A DNA stretch of 64,000 nucleotides, taken from assembly GCF_030144855.1 (NCBI RefSeq), contig NC_082731.1:29512001-29576000 (forward strand), in the 5' to 3' direction. The DNA comes from Hypanus sabinus (taxonomy: Eukaryota). The notes beneath the pieces were generated by a model, which saw only the letters and a list, made by a program, of their open reading frames with translations, ran no database searches and was not told where the DNA came from. This document shows, piece by piece, positions 26,016-38,129 of this stretch. Position 1 is the first letter of the stretch, and each line of letters opens with the position of its first letter. Both the position numbers and the translations under genes were made by a program.

Positions 26016-26379
26016 AAGAAAATAGCTGGTGTTCATAAGGCAGGAATTTTGTTGCACAAAGCCAAGCTGATCATCACTCAAATGTGAATGAATCCTATCC
26101 CAGAGAATCTTTTCCTGTCATTTCCCTACATTTGATGTGAGGCTTAATGATCTATAATTTGCTGAATAACCACAAACTAAAACATTAGCAATTTCGCAGA
26201 GATCTGGGACCTCAGATGTCACTAAAGAAAATACAAAGACAACCATCTCTTGTCCCAGCCCACTCTCTCACCTCTTTATAATTGTGACCTCTGTTCTACT
26301 CTTTCAATTAAGATGAAAGGCCTTCACCCCAAATATTGATTAGCCATTTCCCTCCAAAACCCCAGATTCACTTGGACCA

Positions 26380-26730
26380 TTTCCAACACCAACTTACCCG
26401 TTCTAGGTCCACAAGCTCACTAATTCCCATAGCTACCAGGACTAACCTTCCATCAAATTATTTCATGTAAGAATGCCTTTCCTTCCTCTCAGTTTCTCCA
26501 TCTCTGTGGCATCTGTTCTTGAGGTGGCCTTCCAATGCAGGACATCTGAAATATTGTCCTTTCGGAAAGAGCAGCAACTTTCAATTCAATCTCGTGCTAC
26601 GATTGATAGAGACTTGTCCCAAATCTCCATTTCCAACAACTCTGTACTGAATATATCTCCCTCAGACAAAACTGTGTGATAATCCCCTTTTTCTTTCATG
26701 TCACCAGCCTTCAACCTTCACATCTTCATT
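26380..26730 (+). mobile_element. Penelope-like element RT-thumb fragment
   Basis: Degenerate HSY..TNLPS..SCKNAFPSSQFLHLCGIC, resembling the PLE KPTDSHSYL...CKNAIPFSQFLRLRRIC motif as recalled. Confidence 0.6.
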
Positions 26731-26733
26731 CAT

Positions 26734-27857
26734 TGTTGTTGGGGTTTGATCTGGAACCGCGTTCCGGGTTTTGATCCGGTCCGGGGGCTCCGGACTCCGG
26801 GTCCTGCGGTTGTCCCTCCCGTCACCCGTGATCTAGTTAGGACCCTCCTGGTTCAAGGAGACACACCGGTAACTCATTGAGCTGCAGGTGTTTATAAGGG
26901 GCCTTGGGACTGGGACCAGACAGGTGGTCGTTTTGTTCTGTTTCCTGTTTCTCTGCCGGCTCTGAACTCGTCTCTGCATTCTGTTATCCCGCCCGGGCTC
27001 AGACCTATTCTTCAACATGCTTCTCTGCCCGTACCAGTACTGCCAGGTTGGTCTGCTCTCCCATCTTTCTTCCCATGCGCTGGTCCCGCTTCTCCGCTCG
27101 GTTTTTGTGTTTCGCGTGGTCATGCTGTCTGCCGGCTGTTTCCAAATTTCCCGTTGTCATGGCTGTTGTGTTGGTCGACCTGGACCTATGTCCATTCCTA
27201 TCCCTGGCCTCTGTCGGGTGGCTCCGGCCAATGGGCCGTGGATCAGCGGGGGTTCTGTCCGTTCCTATCCCTTGCCTCCGTCGGGCGTCTCCGGCCGATG
27301 GGCCGTGGACCGGCGGGGGTTCTGCCTGTTCCTATACCTTGCCTCCGTCGGGCGTCTCCGGCCGATGGGCCGAGGACCGGCGGGGGTTCTGCCCATTCCT
27401 ATCCCTTGCCTCCGTCGGGCGGCTCCGGCCGATGGGCCGTGGACCGGCGGGGGTTCTGCCCCGTCCTTCTCTTCTGCCTGAACTCTGGGATAGTGCCCGC
27501 ACCCGCCTAGGGTTCCGCACCGTGCCCAGGCCTCCGGTGTTACCTACCCGGGATACATGCGGCCCACCCAGGGAGGGCTCCCCATTAGCCTATCGCCACC
27601 TAGACCTGTCTGTCTGTCTGCCTGCCTGCCTGAACCCCGGGGACCTGTCTGCCTGCCTCCCTGAACCCTGAACCCCAGGGACTTGTCTGCCTGAACCCCA
27701 GGAGCCTGTCTACCTGAACCTGGACCCTGGGAGCCGCTCCGCTCCGCCTGCCTGAACCCCAGCTACCCTTAAGTGCCATGGCATCCCCGTCCTGTCCTCC
27801 CCCCTAGTACTTCAGTGCCTGCGTCCTGCTTTTGGGTCCATCTGGCCCCGCATGACA
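26734..27857 (+). mobile_element. Solo LTR, GC-rich family, copy 1
   Basis: Colinear with 35938-37136, TATA-like tttataa at about 26891, ends TGACA. Left end and TSD not cleanly resolved. Confidence 0.8.
27194..27461 (+). repeat. 4 x 67-bp GC-rich tandem repeat inside the LTR
   Basis: Unit starts at 27194, 27261, 27328 and 27395. Confidence 0.9.
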
Positions 27858-28779
27858 ATTAATGACCATTGAATTCAGTGTTTTCAAGGTGACCCAACTG
27901 ATGACAAGGGAACCACCTTAGTAAACATCTGCTCTTCAGGCACCGTGACTATCTATAGCCCCTACTTGGAAGCCATTTTAATTCCCCTCCCCATTGCCAC
28001 AGTAAGCCATCTGATCTTGGCATCATTTAGTGCCATGGTGAAGCTAAAAGCAAGTTAGAGGAATACTTCACATACTCCAATTGAGTAATTAACAATCTGA
28101 TATTACAAATATTGAATTTACCAATTTCAGGTCAACTTCTCCTCCTCTGTCACCTTTTCTCTCTCATCCTGATATACCCAGATCCTCTCATACACATCCT
28201 TCTTTCTAAAATCCACAGCCCCAATGAGATCCCAGGGGAATTGTTTATTTCTTCCAAGCAAATTTTAAGGGAGATCAAGCAGCAGTGGCATGGTCTCCTG
28301 GTCATCGTGGAGAGTGGACGTTAGAGTGAGATGGATGGAATTTTTTATGATATTGTACTTAGCTTTCAACCTTAAAATGTCTAATTTCCTCAGCTCTGAT
28401 GAAAGGCTTGCAATATTAGTTTGTTTCTCTCAGATAGTGGCTGTCCTGTAATTTCAGTAGCTTTTATCTCTTATTTGAAACGCGTGTAGTTATTTGTCCT
28501 TCAGTGATGATCTCATTCTTCCTGTTGGAGCTCAGATGCCAATTCTGAATGAAGCAGATTTGATTTGAATAATTCGTTACCAAAATAATAGCTGCAACCA
28601 CTAGGGGTCAGAGGAACACCTCAAGATAATGAGCCTTCAGTTAAGCTGGCTGTTGCAACAATAACTAAGTCTCTAGGTGTCAGAGTAACAGCCGGACACA
28701 GAGACACTGCTGGATGGTGTGGGTAAAACAGTGCACAGGAGGATTCCGGAGCATCAGGAGTCCCTGAGTCTTCAGGAGC

Positions 28780-30090
28780 TCTTCAATTGACATCACACAT
28801 TGAAATATGTCTTCCTTCCACATCCCAAATACATGCTTGTTTGTGGGTTAATTGGCCACTGTAAGTTGCATGTGTTGTAGATATTACAGAGGCTACCACC
28901 ATGATGGAGCGGACTAATTGTACAACTTTCTGTAGCTTGCTTTGATCCTTTGCAGTAGACCCCCCCCCCCACACACCAGACAGTGATGCAGTCTGTCAGA
29001 ATGCTCTCCACAGTACATCTGTAGAAGCTTTCAATTGTTTTAGATCACAAAACCAAATCTTCTCAAACTCCCAATGAAACATAGCCACTGTCTTGACTTC
29101 TTTATTGGTGCATCAATATGTTGGGACCAGGTTAGTTCCGCAGCAATCTTGATACCCAGGAACTTGAAATTGCTCACTTTCTCCACTTCTTATTCCTCTA
29201 TGAGATTTGGTTCATGTTTCCTCGTCTTACCCATTCTGAGGTTCACAATCAGCCCTTGAGTGCAAGGTTGTTGCTACAACACCATCCAACTAGCCGGTAT
29301 ATCTAACTCCTGTCTGCCCTCTCATCTCGATCTGAGATTCTGCCTCAATGGTTGTATCATCTGCAAATTTATAGATGGCATTTGAGCTATGTCTAAGCAC
29401 ACAGTCATGGGTGTAGAGAGAGTAGAGCAGTGGGTTAAGCACACATCCCTGACATGTACCAGTGTTGATCATCAGCAAGTAGATGTTATGACCAATCCAC
29501 ACAGTTACTGGATTGCCGGTTAGGAAGTCAAGGATCCAGTTGCAGATGGAGGTACAGAGGCCCAGGTTCTGGAGCTTTTTGATCAGAACTGGACTAATGA
29601 TGGTATTAACGCTGAGCCATAATTAATGAACAGCATCTTGACATAGTTATTTGTATTGTCCAGGTGATCAAGGCTGTGTGGAGAGCCATCGAGGTCACAT
29701 CAGCTGTAGACCTATTGAGGCAATAGGCAAACTGCAGTGGGTCCAGGTCCTTTGCTGAGACAGGAGTTGATTCTGGACATGACAAATCTCTAAAATCATT
29801 TCATCATTGTTAATGTGAGTGCTATTGGATGACAGTCGTTGTGTCAGCTCACTCTACTCTTCGTGGGCACTGATATAATTGTTGCACTTTTGAATCAGGT
29901 GGTAACTTCCAAACGTAGCAGTGAGAGATAGAAAATATCTTTGAATACACCTGCCAGTTTATTGGTGCAAGTTTTCAGAGCCTTACCAGGTACTCCATTG
30001 GGACCTGCCACCTTGCGAAGGTTCACCCTCCTGAAAAACAGCCTGCGTTGCCCCTGAGACAGAGATCACTGGGCATTGGGGTGTAGCAGG
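28780..30090 (-). mobile_element. Rex1/Babar-like LINE RT fragment
   Basis: INTGTCQGCVLNPLLYSLYTHDCV...IYKFADDTTI. Confidence 0.85.
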
Positions 30091-30409
30091 GCCTTCTGCC
30101 CAACTCATTGATACCAACCAAGATGCCCATCTTAGCTAGTCACTTTGACAGCATTTTGAGGGAACTTTTCCTTTCCATGTCCCTCTTCATTTTAGGCATC
30201 TCTATAAAATCACCACTCAATCTCCTGCAAGTCAGAGCTTTTCACCAGAGCTGAGGAAGTTAGAGATTGTTAGAGATTTAATAAATAAGTACAGTAGCAG
30301 GAAAGCATCGCATCTCACTGTCATGTTGACTCTCCATGGAGACTGTGACTCCAAGATACAAAGTATATTTTCTGTAGAGTTACTTGTATATTCACTCCAA
30401 GGAAAGTCC

Positions 30410-32720
30410 TAGCCTAGATAATCTCTCCCTTTAACTCAGTCAAGGGAATATCCTTGTAAATCTTTTCTGCACTCTGTCCTAAATAATAACATTTCAGCAG
30501 CAGGATGAATAAAAAACGAACACAATACTCCAACTGCAACCTCAGCAATGCCTTCTTCATTCGGACCATGCGGTCCCAACTTTTCGACACAATGTTCTGT
30601 CTGATGAAGGCCAGCGTACCAACAGTCTTCTTCACCACTCTGTCTACCTGTGACTCCACTTCCTGTGAACCATATAGACCATAAGATATGGGAGGAGAAT
30701 TAGGCCATTCAGCTGATCAAGGCTGCTCCGCCATGGCTGATCCATTTCCCTCTCAACCGCATTATCTTACCTTTCTCCCCATAATCTTACTCGCCCTGAC
30801 TTAGCAAGTATTTATCAACATCCGCTTTACATACACTCAATGACCTGGCCTCCACAACTGTATGTGACAACAAGTTTCACAGATTCACCACCCTTAGGCT
30901 AAAGGAATTGCTCCTTATTTCTGTTCTAAAGGATGTACCTCTGTTCTGAGGTTGCACTCGCTGGCCCTTGGCTTTCAGCATTCGAAAGGTTTCAATGAGA
31001 TCCCCCCTCATTCTAAATTCCAGTGAGTACAGGCCCAGAGCCTCCAAATGCTCCTCATACAATAAACCTTTCAATCCCAGAGTCATTTTCATGAACCTCC
31101 TTTGAACTCTGTCCAATGTTAACACATCCTTACATGGAAAAGCGGCCCAAAGCTGTTCTCAATTCTCCAAGTGAGGCTACACCAATGCCTTATAAAAGCC
31201 CAGAATTACATCCTTGTTTTTATATTCTAGTCTGCTGAAATGAATGCTAACGTTGCATTTGCTTTCCTCACCACTAACTCAACCTACAAGTTAAATTTTA
31301 GGGAATTCTGCACGAGAACTCCTTTGCATCTTGGATTTTTGAGTCTTCTCCCCATTCAGAAAATATTCTATGCTTTTATTCCCTCTACTAAGGTGAATGA
31401 CTATACACTTCCCGACAATGTATTCCATCTGCCATTTCTTTGCCCGTTCTCCTAATCTGGCTAAGTCCTTCTGCAGCCTACCCGTTTCCTCGACACCACC
31501 TGCCCCTCCACCTATCTTCATATTGTCCGCAAACTTGATCAAAACGCCATCAATTCTGTCATCCGAGTCACTGACACAATGTAAACAGAAGCGGTTCCAA
31601 TACAGACCCCTGCGGAACACCATTAGTCACTGGAAATCAAACAGAAAAGGTTCCTTTATTCCTACACTTTGCATCCTGCCGGGCATCCAATGCTCTATCC
31701 ATGCTATAATTTTTCCTGTAATACCATGACTCTTATCTTGCTAAGCAGCCTCATGTGTAGCACCTTGGCAAAGGCCTTTTAAAAATCCAAGCTCACAATA
31801 TCCACTGGCTCTCCTTTGTCTATTCTACTTGTTATTTTTTCAAAGAATTCCAGTGGATTTGTCAGACAAGATTTCCCGTTAAGGAAACCATGCAGACTTT
31901 GCCATTTTATCATGTGCCTCCAAGAACCCTGAAACTTCATTCACAACAATCGACTCCAGCTTCTTCCCAGTCACTCGGGCCAGGCTAACTGACCTATAAT
32001 ATTCTTTCTTCTGCCTCTCTCCCTTCTTGAAGAGTGGAATGGCATTTGAAACTTTCCACTCCCCTAGAACCATGCCAGAATCTAGTGATTCTTGAAAAAT
32101 TGTTGCTAACAGCTCCATAATCTCTTCAGCTTCCTTTCACAAATCTAGGGTGTAGTCCATCTGTTCCACGTGACTTATTTACCTTCAGACATTTCAGCTT
32201 CCCAAGCACCTTCTCCCTTATGCCCTGTCACTCGCAAACCCCTGGCGTACAGCTCGCATATTCCACGGTGAAGACTGATGAAAAATATTTATTCAGTTCG
32301 TCCACCATCTCCTTATCCCCCATTACTACCTCTCCAGTGTTATTTTCCAGCAATCCGATATCTACTCTGCCTCACTTTTACCCTTTATATGTCTGAAAGA
32401 TCTTTTGGCACCCCCTTTGATATTATTGACCAGCTTAACTTCATATTTCATCATTTCATGCCTCAGGGCTTTTTTAGTTGCCTTCTCTTGATTTTGAAAA
32501 GCATCCCAATCCTCTAACTTCCCACTAGTTGTTGCTCTATTATATGCTATTTGTTTTACTTTTATGTTCACTTTGACTTTCCTTGTCAGCCATGGGAATG
32601 TCATCCTGCCTCCAAAATACTTGCCATTGCTTCTCTCTGTTAGTGTCTCTTTCCATTCAGTGTTGGCAGGCTCCTCCCTCATGACTCTGTAATTCCCTTT
32701 ACTCCAGTGTAATACTTCAC
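30410..32720 (-). mobile_element. CR1 LINE, decayed ORF2
   Basis: Reverse strand WKVSNAIPLFKKG..YRSVSL, LIKFADNMKIGG, LQLEYCV. Confidence 0.85.
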
Positions 32721-35700
32721 TGGAGTTGGAATTGAATGTACTCAGGATCATCCGGGAGGCTGAAGACATTTTAGTTGAGACTATTAATGAGGGGGTCACA
32801 CACAGAATATGGGCTTCACACAGTAGATGGGTGACCATCAGGAGAGGTAAGGAGATTAAGCAGCCTTATCAGGAGATTGGCTTCAGCAACATTCTCTTTG
32901 GATACTGTTGTGGGGGTGAGCCATCAGGGCATAACAGCAGCAGCCAGGCTAGTGACACTGTGGCCAGCTCTGAGGCTCAGCGGGGAAGGATGAAGTCAGG
33001 CAGTACGGTATTGATACAGGATGTGATAGTTAAGGGAACAGATAGAAGAGAAGGACCTCCAAGATAGTAATCTCTGCATTACTCCTAATGCCATGGGCTA
33101 GTGCAGATAGGAATGAGATGATGGCACAGATGAATGAGTGGCTGGGGAGATGGTACGTGGGCAGCGTTTAAAGTTTTTGGATCATTAGGACATTTTCTGG
33201 GGAAGTGCTGACCTGTATAAGAGAGACAAGATCCGCCTGAACTGGAGGGGAATGAATATCCTGGCTGGGGGATTTGCTAATGTTACTCACGAGGGTTAAA
33301 ACTAGGTTTTCAGGGGCTGGGGAACTTAGCTCCAGTTCAGTAACTGAAGTATTGGACAAGAAGTAAGATGTCAGGGAAAGTATTGAGAGGCAAAATCAAA
33401 ATAACTGTGGTATGATGGGAAGGATACAGTAGTTGGAAGTGTGTGTGTTTTAATGCTAGGAGTATTATGGGTAAAGGGGATGAACTTAGAGCATGGATCA
33501 CTCAATGCAACCACGATGTTCTGACCATTACAGAGACTTGGCTGAGAGAGGGGCAGGAAATGGGTGATTAATATTCCAGGTTTTCGAAGTTTTAGATAAG
33601 ATAGAGGAAAAGGTAAAAAAGCAGGGGGGATGTGCAGTACTAAACAGGGAGAATATAAGTGCTGCACTGAGGGGAAACATAATGGAGGTTCAGACACTGT
33701 GTCCATTTGGGTGGAACTCAAGAATAGTAAAGGTGTAATCACACTGATGGGATGGTACTACAGACCCCCAATAGCCCCCAGGACATTGAGGAACAGGTAC
33801 ATAAACAAATTAAGCAAATGTGTAAAAACTAATAGGGTTTTTGTCATGGGGGATTTCAACTTCCCTAATATAAACTGGAATCTGCCCCAAATTCTAGAAG
33901 GGGCAGAATTTGTAAAGTGTATTCGTGAGGGTTTCTTAAATCAATAAGTGGACGGTCCAACAAGAGGAGGAGCTGTACAGGATCTGGAGTTGGGTAATGA
34001 GTCTGGCCAGGTGATCAACCTCTCAGTGAATGAGCGGTTAGGGAACAGTAACCGCAACTCCTTAACTTTCAGGACATCTATAGATAAGGACAGGTATGGT
34101 CATTGCAGGAGATTCTTAAATTGGATAAGGGCAAATTATGAGGGCATTAGTCAGGAACTAAGAAGAATTATTTGGCAAATCTTTTTTCTGTCAAGTCCAC
34201 ATCAGACAAGTGGAGAGTGTTTAAAGATCAATTGCACAGAGTACAAGAAAGGTATGTAATAGGAAAGACAGAGATAGAAAGATAAGAGAGCCTTGGATGT
34301 CCAGAGAGGTGATGAATTTAGACAAGAAGAAAAGGGTAAAGCATGTAAAGCTTCGGAAGTTAAAATCAAATGAAGCACATGAGGAGTATAAAGAAACCAG
34401 AAAAGAAGTAAAGAAAGGAAATAGGAAAGCCACAAGGATCCATGAAAATCCCTTGGGAAGTAGGATTACGCTGAAACCCAAGGTATTCTATACACACATC
34501 AAGAACAAGAGGATAACTAGGGAGAGGGTAGGGCTATTCAAGGATAAAGAGAGGGACATTTGCTTGGATGTGGAGAAGGTGAGTGAGGTACTTAATGAGT
34601 ACTTTGCTTCAGTATTTCCCAAGGAAATTGACATGGAGGACCAGGAGATCAGAGCTGAGTGCATAGATATGTTAGGGTGTTTAGAGGTCAATGAGAAGGA
34701 AGTGTTGGGGCTCCTAATACATATTATGGTGGATAAGTCCCCAGGGACTGATGGGATTTACCCCGGGTTATTGAAGGAGGCAAGAGATAAGATTTCTGGG
34801 CCCTTAACCAGTATCTTTGTTTCCTCTCTCGGCACTGGCAAGGTCCCAGATGACTGATAATTAGCTAATGTTGTATGTCTATTTAAGAGGGGAACAAGGG
34901 AAAATCCTGGGAACTATAGAACAGAGATTCTCAAGTCAGTTGTAGAGAAATTGCTGGAGAAAATTCTTAGGGATGGGATATATGAGCCTTTGGAAACCCA
35001 TGGCCTAACTAGGGAGAGCCAGCATAGCTTTGCACAGGGCAGGTGGAGTCTTAGCAACTTGATTGAGTTTTTTGACAAGGTAACAAGACAGATTGATCAA
35101 GGTCGGGCAGTGAAAGATGTCCTTATGGGTTTTAGTAAGGTGCTTGACAAAGTCTCTCATGAGAGACTAATCCAGAAGATTAAGATGCATGGGGTCCATG
35201 CTGAATTGCCGGTTATAATTCAGAAATAGCTTGCACAGAGAAGACTGAGGGTTGTGGTCAAAGGAACTTATTTGAGCTGGAGGTCTGTAACTAATGGTGT
35301 TCCACAGGGATCTGTGCTGGTACTTCTGCTGTTTGTGATGAATTAGATTCTTAACAGTGTTGCTGAGCAGAGAGACTTTGGGATCCAAGTTCACAGCTGC
35401 TCAAAATCAGCTGGACAGGTGGAAGTCTTACGGAATGCTTGCTTTTATTAGTCGAGGCATTGAGTTCAAAAGTCAAAGGGTTGTGTTGCAATTTTATGAA
35501 ATTCTAGAGGATTGGATACAGTTCTGGTAACCTCACTATGGGAAGGATGTTGCAAAGTTTTGGAGAGGGTGCAGAAGAGGTTTCACAAGTTGCTGTCTGG
35601 TTTTGAAGGAATGTGCTATCATGAGAGGCTAATCAAGCTTGGGCTGGTTTCTTTGGAATGGCTGAAGCTGAGGGGAGGTCTGATAGTGGTTTATAAGATT

Positions 35701-37280
35701 ATGAGAGGCATAGTTGGAGTTAACAGAGTATCTTTTTCCCAGGATAGAAATGTCTAATTCCAGACAGCATGCATTGAAGATGAGAGGAGGTAGGTTCAAA
35801 GGGAATGTGAGGGGTAAGTTTTTGCTCAGAGTGGTGGATGCCTGGAATGCATTGCCTGCTGTGAAGGTAGAGGCAAATACATTAGAGACTTTTGAGAGAT
35901 ATTTGGATAGGTGCACGAATATGAGGGAAATGGAGGGTGTCAGGGTCCGGTCCAGTCTGGAATCCGCATTCCAGGTCTCGATCCGGTCCGAGGGCTCCGG
36001 ACTCCGGTCCTGCAGTTGCCCCTCCCATCACCCGTGAACTAGTTAGGATCCTCCTGGCTCAAGGAGACACACCTGAGACTCATTGAGCTGCAGGTGTTTA
36101 TAAGGGGCCTTGGGACTGGGACCAGGTGGGTGTTTGTTTTGTTCTGTTTCCTGTTTCTCCACTGACTCTGAGCTCTTCTCTGCATTCTGTTATTCTGCCC
36201 GGGCTCAGATCCACTCCTCATCATGCTTCTCTGCCCTGTACCAGTACTGCCAGGTTGGTCTGCTCCCCCACCTTTCTTCCCATGCGCTGGTCCCGCTTCT
36301 CCACTCCTTTGTTCTGTTCGCGCGGTTGCACTGTCTGCCGGCCTTTCCCGATTTTCCTGCCATTATGGCTGTTGTGTTGGTCACCCGACCTATGCCCATT
36401 CCTACCCCTTGCCTCCGTCGGGCAGGTCCAGCTGACCTGCTGCTGCCCGGTGGTGGTTCTGCCCGTTCCTATCCCTTGCCTCCATCAGGCAGGCCCGGCC
36501 GGTCTGCCGCTGCCCGGTCAGGGTTCTGGCCCGTCCTCCTCTTCCGCACAAACCCCGGGATTGTGCCCCGCACCCGCCTAGGGGTCCATGTCATGCCCAG
36601 GCCTCCGGTGTTTCTGCCTGGGAGGTGGCCCTACCCGGGACATATGCAGCCCACCCAGGGAGGGCTCTCCTCTGCCCCGTCCTCCTCTTCCGCCTGAACT
36701 CTGGGACTGTGCCCCGCACCCGCCCAGGGGTTCGCGTCTTGCCCAGGCCTCCGGTGTTTCCGCCTGGGAGGCGGCCCTACCTGGGATATATGCGGCCCAC
36801 CCAGGGAGGGCTCTCCGCCAGCTTATCTAGCCACCTAGACCTGTCTGCCTGCCAGCCAGAACCCCGGGGACCTGTCTGCCCGCCTGCCTGAACCCCAGGA
36901 GCCTGTCTACCCAAACTCGAACTCCGGGAGCCCGCTCCGCTCTGCCTGCCTGAAGTCCGGGAGCCTGTCTACCTGAACTCGAACTCCAGGAGCCCACTCC
37001 ACTCTGCCTGCCTGACACTCTATCTACCTGAACCCCAGCTCTACCCTTAAATGCCATGGCATCCCCATCCTGTCCTCCCCTTAGTACTTCAGTGTCTGCA
37101 TCCTGCGTTTGGGTCCATCCGGCCCCGTTCCTGACAGAGGGAATAGTTTTAGGGGATTTTTGATTCATTTTTAAGCTGGTTCAGCACAACATTGTGGGCT
37201 GAAGGGTCCGTTCCTGTCCTGTACTGTTGTATGTTCTGATAATCTGACTTTAGCTTCTCCCTTTCAAATTGCAGGGTGAA
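32720..37280 (+). mobile_element. CR1 LINE (ORF1 end plus ORF2), with a solo LTR inserted in its 3' end
   Basis: GWYYRPP, MGDFNFPNINW, DKSPGTDGIYP, GFSKVLDKVSHERL and C-terminal RVVDAWNALP. Confidence 0.88.
35938..37136 (+). mobile_element. Solo LTR, GC-rich family, copy 2 (1199 bp)
   Basis: Termini TGTCAGG...CCTGACA. 5-bp TSD GAGGG at 35933-35937 and 37137-37141. Internal 2 x 146-bp duplication starting at 36531 and 36677. Confidence 0.92.
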
Positions 37281-37299
37281 TTCTATCATAGTTTGACAA

Positions 37300-38120
37300 C
37301 TGGCTCTAAGTGTTCCTTTACCTTGAGCTCCCACAACAACTCTGGTTTATTACACAACACCCAATCCAGAATAGTTGATCCCCTAGTGGGCTCAAGCGTA
37401 AGATGCTCTAAAAATCCATCTATTAGGCATTCCACACATTATATCTCTTGGAATCCAAAATCAGCAAAAAAACTAGATTTTCCCCATCTTCCTGCATTTT
37501 GAAATCCTCCATGACGATCATAACTTTGCTCTTTTGACTTGTGTTTTCTGTCTCCCATTGTAATTTGTAGCCCACATCCTGGCTGCTGTTTGGATATAAC
37601 TCCCTGTATATAACTCCCTTCAGGGCCTTTTACCCTTGCAGTTCCTTAACTCTCCCCACAATGATTTACATCTTCTGTGCCACCACCTCTGACTACTTGC
37701 CTATCCTTTTGATACAATGTGTATCCTTGGATGTTAAACTCCCAACTATAATCTTCTTTTATCCAGAAATCTGAAATCCTGCCCTCTGTACCAGTATCTC
37801 AGCCATACTTTCATCTGCCAACTCATCCTATTTTTATCTTCACAGGCACGTGACACAGGCAGCAATCGGAAGATTACTGCACTGGAGGTTCTGTTTCAGA
37901 TTTCTATGTGAACTCCAAGGCCCATCCGTTTCACATCACCCTCCAGGACCTTATCATTTACTGTGGAAGTCCAGCCTTGGATTAACTTTCCAAACCTTGA
38001 ACTTCCCTGAATAGAACTGCATTTGCCACTCTTCAGTCCACCTATTCAGCTAAACAAGATCCCACTGTAATTTTGATAACCTTCGCTCTTGACTTTACTG
38101 CATATTTTTCAGTTGGCTGC
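37300..38120 (-). mobile_element. CR1 fragment (endonuclease N-terminal region)
   Basis: Inverted, diverged homologue of 38380-38660. Confidence 0.6.
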
Positions 38121-38129
38121 AATTAGTGC

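Noticed and set aside
26904-27671. 255-aa ORF and similar ORFs at 36110-36697
   Set aside because: They lie inside GC-rich solo LTRs with tandem repeats, where stop codons are rare by composition.
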